Positions 53,791 to 64,000 of a DNA stretch of 64,000 nt are shown here, piece by piece; positions within the stretch are counted from its first letter, which is position 1; every line of letters begins with the position of its first letter. The position numbers were made by a program, and so were the translations under genes. The stretch lies in the NCBI GenBank assembly GCA_951406725.2, contig OX597816.1, positions 60,264,001-60,328,000 on the forward strand, read 5' to 3'. Source of the stretch: Octopus vulgaris. Lineage: Eukaryota. A model generated the notes under the pieces. That model saw only the letters and a program-made list of their open reading frames with translations, was not told where the DNA came from and ran no database searches.

Positions 53791-53815
53791 TCATATATAT
53801 ATTCATATATATATG
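53422..53815. repeat. Alternating (TA)n/(TG)n compound microsatellite
   Basis: Seen directly; begins at the TA next to the mariner end. Confidence 0.9.
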
Positions 53816-55145
53816 CAAGAAGAGTGGATTGTCATAGCTGGAATGTCTTTGATCACAATATTCCAGCCATAACTGATACAGAGTTAAACAATACAAATGC
53901 AACAACATATGATTCATTCTCATAATGATGCAAGAAACTTTAACAAGTAAGGTTCAAGGAAATTAGTTTTCTGAAAAACAGCAATCTATTCTCATGTACA
54001 AAAAAAAAACAGCATATTTTATATTATTTGTAAAAGTTTTAAATAATGATGTTTCTTTTTGAGTGCATGATAACTTCATTATATCCTTTGTTGTTGGTAC
54101 TAAGAGAGACTTCCTGGCACACAATTAAAAAAGCCTAGAGTATCTGTATCAAACTTCAAGCCTATGTCATTTAAGTATTTTGAAGTCTACAAAGTGGGCT
54201 TTCTTTAGAACATGTGAACAGAACATTCTCTATGGATTCCAAACTTTGACTATGAAGAATAGACTTTAAGATTTCTTTAGTAGCACATACCCCAGATTCT
54301 TAAGGTTCAAAACATCTTTTAGCATGAGTACAAGACTGAGTAGGCTTATGGAGACATTCTATACCCATCATTACTATTGTTGCTTTGTACAGGGTAGACT
54401 TTGTTGATCATTGCTATCACGACAGGTCCTATCAGCTGTTATATTTTTGGAGACTCACAAAGTCTAACAGAAGACCATCATCATCATCGTTTAACGTCCA
54501 CTTTCCATGCTAGCATGGGTTGAACGATTTGACTGAGATCTAGCGAACCAGATGGCTGCACCAGACTCCAATCTGATCTGGCTAGTTTTTACAGCTGGAT
54601 GTCCTTCCTAATGCCAACCACTCCGAGAGTGTCATGGGTGCTTTTACATGCCACCAGCACAAAGGCCAGTCGGGCGGTACTGGCGACGGCCACACTCAGA
54701 TGGTGCTTTTTATGTGCCACCTGCACAAGGGCGAAGACTATTCAATTGGATTGATGTTGTTGACAGAGACATCCAACATCAAATGTTGTACTAAGAACTA
54801 AAGGGAGACAGAGATTCCTGGTATGGTGCAATGAAATGCATCTCAGTTGCAGCAAGGCAGAAGCGAGGGAAGCAGAAGCTATGTATAATTCATGTGAGAC
54901 AGATGACTGTTTAGGGTATGGAGTGTTTGATTATAGGTTATGAGTTCAAATTCTAAAGAGGGTCCACAGACAGGAGCAGAGAGCAAATCCTAGGGAGAAT
55001 TTCTCAGAGGTTGACCATCAGTTTATCTATTGACCATCAGTTCATCTCACATCTGCTTCACTAAATGAAGCCAGAGTTTACTCACTGGTCTCCAAAAACC
55101 TTGTAAGAGCGCAAAATAGCATTTACATAGTTTTACTTACAAATG

Positions 55146-55179
<34 letters not shown>

Positions 55180-55754
55180 CATTAGAATATAACAAACTTG
55201 TTGGACCATATCTTTCACAAGTATTTAGAATCAGGTGTGGTTGAAATTTTTTTTCACTACTGGAAGCAAATTACAAGTGCGTGAGAACTCATTGGGACAC
55301 ATCTGTGCTAATGAAAATAATGAATCTTTTAATTTTGCAAATTCATAGATATGTAATAATAAATTACTATTTTGGCCTTAAGGTTATATTTTCTTCATAC
55401 AGCTTTTCAGAGACTGTCAGTAGGTGGTATCAAATTTGAATGCAAACAAAAGGTTTAGATAACTGTCAAGCTTTGTATTTGCAGAAACAATAATGCATAT
55501 CATTCGACACCAGTTCACCAAAACTACATTTATTATAAAAATGTTCAATGTGATAACAACAACAATAATAATAATGATCATAATTATAATAGCTTCTTTT
55601 AATTGTCTCAGGATCATCTTAAGAGGGGGACATTATAAGGACAGTTTATGATTTATGTGAAAGTTTACATAAAAGATGAAAGGAAGGAAGGGAGAGAAGT
55701 AGGGGAGGTGAGATAAAAAGCATACATAATATACAAAAGATGTGAACACATGGA

Positions 55755-56100
55755 TGCAGGATTGGATGTGCAGTAAGAAGCTTGCTTTCCAATCACATGG
55801 TTACAGGTTCAGTCCCACTACAGTGTGCTTTGAGCAAGTGTCTTCTACTATAGCTTCAGACTGACTGAAGCCTTATGAATGGATTTGGTAGATGGAAACT
55901 GAAAGAAGCCTGTTGTATGTGTGTATGTGTGTGTGTGTGTGTGTGTTTGTCTTTGTGTCTGTGTTTGTCCACAACTTGACAACCAGTGATGGTGTGTTCA
56001 TGTCCCTGTAACTTAGCAGTTTGGCAAAAGAGAGTGATAGAATAAATCTTAGGCTTAAAAAAAAAAAACAAAGAAGTACTGGGGTTGATTTATTTGAGTG
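55755..56100 (+). mobile_element. Diverged SINE family A
   Basis: Head, microsatellite and body recognisable. Confidence 0.65.
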
Positions 56101-56971
56101 TAAATTTAAACACAAATGAATATATATATATAGTGCAAGAAACAGCTGGGTTTCTTTGTCTAAAGTTTCACATAGTTCAACATGTTTCTTATTTCTTTAT
56201 TGCCCACAAGGGGCTAGACATAGAGAGGACAAACAAGGACAGACAAAAGGATTAAGTCGATTACATCGACTCCAGTGCATAACTGGTACTCTTTCTGGCG
56301 GCCACTAAAACATATTCTCTCAGTGAGTGCTACTACAATCTTGCACAAGTGAATGTGTGAAAAATAAAACAGGAATTTTGAAAGAAATATCAATAAAACT
56401 AGATTTTAAACACTGAATGGCAAGGTGGGTGAGGGGTTCAACCAGAATAAAATAGTAATCAAAGGGGTCCATCGGTAAAAAAATGTTTGCATACCATTGA
56501 TATATGCCTTTGGAAACCTATCTCTGGTAAAATGCTACTGAAGAATTTGTATTAGGAAGAAAATTACAAGAAAATAAAGTCAGGAGTGAGAAGGGAGCAG
56601 TAAATAATTGTTACACCTGAAACAGTATTACTGCTAAATTTATTAAAAAAATATGCATTATTAAGAAATTTATGAAGAAACAAAGTCAACAAAAGATTCT
56701 AAGCTATAGTTTTGCCCACTTTTGAAAACATATGGAATCAACGTTTTTTTTCTCTTTTCCCTCTCTTTCTTTTTTGTTTTTATTAAACTTATATAATTTA
56801 ATTTATAGCATATTTTTTTTTTTACTTTAGTTTTTACTGTTAGAAAGGCAATCTCAATTATAATGAAGTGTTCACCGAAAGCATAAATCAAACGGCTATA
56901 TGTTTTATGATGCTGAACAACCGTTCTTGCCATGGTGACAGTTTGTCTGAACTCAAAGCCATGTGTTACAA

Positions 56972-57003
<32 letters not shown>

Positions 57004-57146
57004 TGTGTCTGTGTGTGTGCATGTATGTCCATGTGTCCACCTGGTTAGGAATGCCCATTGCAAAATGTATTGATACAGCCCCAGAAAGATTTCTGACCTT
57101 AGGGATTTTCTTGATACATGGTTCTAGGATGCTTTTGCTTGTGTAT

Positions 57147-57531
57147 ACTCTTTTACTTGTTTCAGTCATGTGACTGTGGCTATGCTGGAGCACCGTCTTT
57201 AGTCGAGCAAATCGACCCCAGGACTTATTCCTTGTAAGCCTAGTACTTATTCTATCGGTCTCTTTTGCCGAACCGCTAAGTTACAGGATGTAAACACACC
57301 AGCATTTGTTGTCAAGCGATGTTGTGGGGACAAACACAGACACACAGACACACACACACACACATATAATATAGATGAGTGGCTGTGTGGTAAGTAGCTT
57401 GCTTACCAACCACATGGTTCCGGGTTCAGTCCCACTGCATGTCACCTTGGGCAAGTGTCTTCTACTATAGCCTCAGGCCAACCAAAACCTTGTGAGTGGA
57501 TTTGGTAGACGGAAACTGAAAGAAGCTCGTC

Positions 57532-57573
<42 letters not shown>

Positions 57574-57957
57574 GTGTATGTATGTATGTGTGTGTATATG
57601 TTTGTGTGTCTGTGTTTGTCCTCCCCCCCAACATTGCTTGACAACCGATGCTGGTGTGTTTACGCCCCCGTAACTTAGCAGTTCGGCAAAAGAGACCAAT
57701 GGAATAAGTACTAGGCTTACAAAGAATAAGTCCTGGGGTCGATTTGCTCGACTAAAGGCGGTGCTCCAGCATGGCCACAGACAAATGACTGAAACAAATA
57801 AAAGAGTAAAAGAGTAAAGAGTATATACAAATATACAACAGGCTTCTTTCAGTTTTTGTCTACCAAATCCACTCACTGAGGCTATAGTAGAAGACACTTG
57901 CCCAAAGTGCCATGCAGTGGGACTGAACCCAGAACCATGTGGTTGGTAAGCAAGCTA
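57147..57957. mobile_element. Nested SINE A pair: plus-strand copy (57376-57822) inside the microsatellite of a minus-strand copy
   Basis: Host 3' half at 57147-57370 and 5' half at 57823-57957. Confidence 0.85.
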
Positions 57958-59580
57958 ATGCAAATTCTAGTGAAAATTCATTAAAAAATTGTGGTGTCAT
58001 TTTCAGGACAAACTTCAATAGTTATAGATTTATTTCATTGTAAGTAAGACAATAACAATCCTTAAAATTCCAATGTATTTCAATGATATGTAAATCTCTT
58101 CAGTGTAGAGGCAAATTTATGAGAATCAAGATAGATAGATATTTATGGGAACCAAGCTAGAAAGAAGTTTAAATGAGAAATGGCGTGAGATAGAGATTAA
58201 TTATGAGAGTCAAGATAGGCTTTCAATCAAAAGGGTGAAAAGAAGATGGAAAGTAATGAAAGTAGTCACAAAGTCTTGGCTTTTTTTTTTATCCTTCTCC
58301 AATCAGAAATGCATAAGGAACATATGCACCCACAAACTCTCTTTTATATTTATAGATACAGTGCCTCAAAAAAGGGCTAGGCCCAAGAATAAGTAAACCT
58401 ATTTGATATACTCCCACACAGTTTGCATCTACTCAATTTCACCTAAACTGATTGGAGCAATCCAAGGCTGGAGTAGCCAAAGGTGATGCACAGCATATTT
58501 GAACCCAGAATTGCATGATTTGTAATGTGAACTTCTTAAACACACAACCATAATGAAAGTACTGACACCTATGCAAATACAAAACACATGCTTACACATG
58601 CATGAATGCACATAGACACACACACACACATACAGAGTGGTACATACACAGGCACACAGTCACACACATGCATGCATTCAGGCATTCACAAACACTCCCA
58701 GATGCAGACAGCTCCAACAGATGATTACACAACAGAGACAGAGACATACAAACAATTACACCTGAAGAACAAACTTCCTATATTCCACCTCACTGCCACA
58801 TACCATACATGACACAGATATTTATCAATTTACACATAATTTATTCCAGAAGGTGAGCTCCAAAAAAGCTATATATTAATTGCAAAGCAAACACAAACTA
58901 ACAAATTCTAATAAAAACCAGAAAGAGTTTGTTTGTGTATGTGTATGTATGTATGTATGTATGTATGTAAGTATATATGTATGTGTGTGTGTGTATGTAT
59001 GTATGTACGTGTGTATATATGTATAATTTCCTCTTTATATAACCATCTGAGAAATCTCTTCAGTCTATCTCATAGAACACCCGCCTGCTAATATCATCCA
59101 CGTGTACAAACATACTTCCAGATTATTTCCTTTCTAAAGGAAACATTTCAGGCTTCTCTCTTGCTGCTTAACCAAAATGTCAACTCCACAGAGCAACGAG
59201 AGTAAACTAGAGGATTAAAGAAAAGAAAAAAAAAAAATATCAAGTCTTGATGCTTTTATAATACTCTGCTAATTGTTTACTGTGGATTGTTTTTAGTTAA
59301 TACTTTTCACATTTTATTATGTTATATCTTGCTATTTATTACATTCATATAAATATATATATACGTTGCATTTATATAGTATTTTTTTTATAAAGCTGGG
59401 CTATTATTTAGTAGGTTTGCTATGTATTAGAACTATTATTTAGTGAGTTCTATTATTCATTAATCTGTATAGTATTTTATATAATGCAGATCTATTATTC
59501 AGTAGGTAAAACTATCACTAAATTTATATATTTTTTGTGAAGCAAGACTGTTATTTAGCGGGTTTTGCATTTCATTAAGT

Positions 59581-59997
59581 TTACTCGCTTTACTCTTTAC
59601 TCTTTTACTTGTTTCAGTCATTTGACTGTGGCCATGCTGGAGCACTGCCTTTACACAAGCAAATCGACCCCAGGACTTATTCATTGTAAGCCTAGTACTT
59701 ATTCTATCGGTCTCTTTTGCCAAACCACTAAGTTACGGGGACGCAAACACACCAGCATCGGTTGTCAAGAGATGTTGGGGAGACAAACACAGACACACAA
59801 ACATATATACACACACACATACATACATATATACGACGAGCTTCTTTCAGTTTCCATTTACCAAATCCACTCACAAGGCTTTGGTCAGCCTGAGGCTATA
59901 GTAGAAGACACTTGCCCAAGGTGCCATGCAGTGGGATTGAATCCGGAACCATGTGGTTCGTAAGCAAGTTACTTACCACACAGCCACTCCTATGCCT
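59581..59997 (-). mobile_element. SINE family A, full-length
   Basis: Matches family A on the minus strand. Confidence 0.85.
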
Positions 59998-60085
59998 GTT
60001 TATATAGTATTTTTTATAAAGTTCGTATATAATATGTATACTGTTTATATTAGTCAGATTGGTGTCCCCATCTTGACTGCTACTT

Positions 60086-60129
60086 ACACTATGTTTTGGC
60101 TGTTGTAGGCTCCAACCTTCTTCAAGTGT
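60086..60129 (-). ncRNA. Decayed minimal hammerhead motif (Penelope-type)
   Basis: Minus strand ACAC-TTGAAGA-A-GGTTG gagcctacaa CAGCC-AAAA-CA-TA-GTGT. Three transitions, two at CpG sites, separate it from CUGAAGA...GAAACGUA. Confidence 0.45.
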
Positions 60130-60744
60130 CTTGGGTTGTTGTATTAGAATTTGATCCATGGAGCACACTGTTCTCATGCCACTCTCTGCATTGTGTGAGA
60201 ACAATGTACCTCCATGGATCAAATAAAGGGTTAGGTCTGAAATTCCTATAAAACAACCAAATTTAATACAAGACACCTGATGTAGGCCAAAGCATACAAC
60301 AGCTGAAATGTAGTGAAAGCAACAGTCGCAATGAATATACCAGTTCAACTAATATTAACATATATATTATAAATTCTTTATCACAAAAATATTAAACTGG
60401 TCTATATTATTTTGTGGCTTTGCTATCTATTAAATCCATGTACCATTTTTTATAAAGCAAGCTTAAAATATTTATACAGAGCTTAGATCAATCTATATCA
60501 TGTGAATTCTTCTTGAATATTGAATATCCATTTTCTCAGTATAAGAAACATTGTGCCAAAGAAACCAATCTTCATTTTTACAGTGGTAAAAATTAACTTG
60601 TGTAGTAAGTAGTAAATGATAACTAACTCAAGATACAAATATTGTTTTGCAAAGGAGCATTGCTCTTATATCTGTATAGGATATCTGAGTTTCTAAGCTA
60701 TTAGAAATTATTAGAAAGGTAAGATAAAATCTGAAATTAGTGGT

Positions 60745-61068
60745 AAAAGGTGATATCTAAATAATAGAATCCATTCTGAAAATGATATTCAAACAGTGGT
60801 ATCCATGTCCCTATGAGTGATATTTAAATGATGATATCCATCTTACATAAGTGATATTTAAATATCTTTGCCACGCAGGAGATGTCTAATTGACAGTATC
60901 TGTATTACATAGGTATTATTCAAATGCTGGTAACAATCCTGTGCAATTAATATTATTCAAATTTTATGATCTGTGTCATACTGGAGATGTCTGAATGATG
61001 GCATCTTTGTCATGAAGGTAATACTCTGATAATAGATTCTTTGCTATATATACAGTATTCAAATGTCT
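60745..61068. repeat. Degenerate ~35-bp minisatellite
   Basis: Recurrent units like 'tgatattyaaatgatggtatccatgtcacatagg'. Confidence 0.55.
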
Positions 61069-61798
61069 GTAGAAAAAAGAGATATCAAAAGAAAAAGGAA
61101 GAACAGAACAGAATGATTCTGGTGGTTACAACATCTGGTTAGATCAGAACTAGCATAGAGCTAAACAACAGCAATGACAGCATCAACAAAAACAAATACT
61201 ATATAGTTAATATATATATATATAATTGAAGAATGGTTGTCTTAAATTAAAAAGTATTAATTATATAAAAAAAAATAAATAATAAAATAACAGTAATAAA
61301 TGAGTGAAGAAAAAATAGTGTGTGTTTATTTGGCAAAAAATAAATAAATGAATAAAATGACCATCCCAAAATACTACAATATCAGTTTCATCACATGATT
61401 TCACATCAGGAATCTTGTTAAATGAATTGATAAAAAAAAGTCTTTTTAAAAGAAAAGAATGACAAGAACCCTTCAGAAATTAGGTGGACTAACTTTGGTA
61501 AATTAAAACTTTTAAAGACATATATACAGCTGTCTATGACATGAGAATACCAATTATGTCAACAAAAAATCATTTTTTATGAAAAGATTTGCAGATATAA
61601 AGTTAAGAAAAAATATTTGTTAGGATAATGTATGTTTTTTATCATCTGTTCTTTTGTTCACATTTTAAAAGTTTATTAGAAGGAAGTTATTTACAAGAAG
61701 TCAACATCCTTTAGTATTTGTAACAAAAATATGTCAGAGATCATTGCAAGTGATGTAGTTGCAACCTCTCTTTCTCTCTCTCTCCTAGGTTATATTAA

Positions 61799-62018
61799 TC
61801 CTTTTGTTACCAACCCGGCTGAAACCGGTTCTGGCTCTGAGTACAAATGTCTTGTTTTCATAAGTTTTTTATTAAAATCTTCCACCAAATCTTAGTCACA
61901 ATTTATGTTCCTAACACTAACTGAATGATAACCAAGTTATTTTACTAAATTCTTTGTTATATTTTAAGTAATTGAAAGAAACTCAGAGCATCTTAAAATA
62001 AATACAGTAACTAAAGGG
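61799..62018. mobile_element. piggyBac-type MITE, second family, 220 bp
   Basis: TTAA|tccttttgttac ... gtaactaaaggg|TTAA. Confidence 0.7.
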
Positions 62019-64000
62019 TTAATAAAAACATTTGAAAATTTTATGTTGTATGAAATGTTCTATCTTCTGCTCAGTGAAAAAAAAAATACTTGTAAGAGCA
62101 CTGAAATTCTGATTGCATGGAGTTCCAGCAACCCTAGGGGTAGTTCTGTGCAGTGGGGCATGTTTGGTAGTGAGGGAGAGAAAGAGAGTGAGAGAGATGG
62201 GAGATGGCTCAATATTGTAGCAGTAATAGTTGTAGTTGTGATAGTGATGATGATGGGTGGTTTCATATTGAATGAGTGGTCTGTAGCTGTTATCTCTGGA
62301 CTATTTGAAACAAGTTCTGGAGAGGTGAAATTTAACAGACTGTTTCTCCACTTACTTCCCCCTCTATCTGCCATCCCTACTGCCATCTTACCATTTCTAT
62401 CTTGCACTGGTCTCCACCCAGCTTCTACTGTAGCAGCCACAAGTCTGACAATGCTTCCTTTATTTCCTCTGATAACATTTCCCATCTCTGCCTTTCCTTC
62501 CTTTATCTCACACACCTTGTCTTCTCCATTTTGCCCTTCTTCAACTCTTTCTTTCAAAATATTTAAGACCTCTCTCTCCCTCTCTCTCTCTCTTGCTCTC
62601 TGTCTTTCACTCTTCTCCCCTCTCAGTTTTAATCTCTCATTATTTACTCTCTTTTCACTTCCCTATCTAAATCCATTTTATTTACCTTATTTTCCCTACA
62701 CATGCATACACTTCCACCGGCCTCTCTTCACATACATACTTCCAACTCTTTATTTCCTTATCTTTTCCTCTAAATCAACCTGCATCTCACTTTTCCTTTT
62801 GGTACAAATCTCCCACCCTTTTTCTCCCCTTACTGTCTTTTCAATATTTCTCCTAAACCAACCATCTTCTCTCCTACCCTCATCCTTTCCTCATATCTGA
62901 TTCCAGAACCTACTACTGACACAGCTCTCACTCTGGCAGTTCTTACGAGTTCCAGAAGTTAATCCCTCCACTCCTTACTACCTTAACTTATAAGACACTC
63001 AGATAATAATTAGTGTTAGAGGAAAATTACATAACACACTGCAGAGCAAACAAATTAATTCTATCTAAAAATATGAATCTAGCCTTGCTCTAAAATATTT
63101 TGTTGGGTGCTTGAACATATTTGGGGAGTGAGGACAAGTTTGCATCAAAAGAAGGATTGCAATTTTGACCTAATATGGTCTGATTTAGATTGCATTGTTT
63201 CAGTCAAGATGTTTACACCACCATGGTTTCATGTTCAGTCCTACTGTGTGGCACCATGGGCAAAGTGTTTTCTACTATAGACCTGGGCCAAACAATGCCC
63301 TATGGGTGAATTTAGTAATTTTGGGGGATGAAAAACTGTATGAAGCTTCCTGCATATGTATATATATATTGGAGCCAGGTGCAACCGCTGGCTCTCCAGA
63401 CCTCAGTCAAACCGTCCAACCCATGCCAGCATGGGAAATGGACATTAATCGATGATGATGATGATATATATATATATATGTGTATAAGAATTTTTTGCGT
63501 AATAAGATAAAAAACCAAGGCTCATAAATACATGTTTGAAAAATTTCACTGCAGATTTTGCTATGCCAGCATGGGTTGCACAAGATGTATTGAAACAGTA
63601 ATCTATGGCTAGTTGCTCTTCCTGTCACATACCCTCGGTTCTGCTTCAAGTAAGGTATTTTCTCTCAACTAGTCTGCACATGAAGCTCCTGAAAGCATCA
63701 AGCCATGGAAGGTACTGTTTACAGGAGACATAAATATGCAGAATTGCTCTAATGGTATCAATGTGAAAGTACACAGAAAGCAACAGACACATGCATGTAC
63801 ACATGCACGCAAGCACACACGCACACACACACACACACTCTCTCTCTCTCAACAAGTTTTTATAGTATTCCTTCACAAAATTTCTTTAAGAGGGCGTTGG
63901 AAAATCCATGGCTACAGCAAAAGTCACTTGCCCAAAGTGTGACAGAGGGGGATGAAACCCAAAATACCATGATTGCAAATTGAATAGATTGTAACCACAC

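Noticed and set aside
62043-62900. 285-aa plus-strand and 165-aa minus-strand ORFs
   Set aside because: Driven by pyrimidine/purine skew, with no motif or convincing splice pair. A short exon near 62270-62450 cannot be fully excluded.

Overview
AT-rich, microsatellite-rich animal genomic DNA, intronic or intergenic. No host protein-coding exon, rRNA, true tRNA or CRISPR array can be supported. The SINE sequences and (TA)n/(CA)n load suggest an octopus or other coleoid cephalopod (recognised from memory, not checked by search). The window is largely transposable elements: more than 20 copies of a tRNA-derived SINE with a central microsatellite, at least three other SINE or LINE-tail families, a young 5'-truncated CR1-group LINE with an uninterrupted 848-aa EN/RT frame (38499-41045), other LINE fragments, four mariner relics, four non-autonomous Helitrons, piggyBac and hAT MITEs, and a solo LTR. 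Three patterns stand out. (1) Locus-specific templated insertions copied from 2-11 kb away, often inverted; one has exact twin-priming geometry, and one of them plus a 166-bp fold-back palindrome contain mosaic filler DNA. (2) Three unrelated, decayed Penelope-type minimal hammerhead ribozyme motifs. (3) The SINE central microsatellite acts as a landing pad for Helitrons and for antisense SINE copies, producing nested inverted structures that could form dsRNA. Most listed ORFs are microsatellite read-through artefacts. Coordinates were read by eye and may be off by a few bases.
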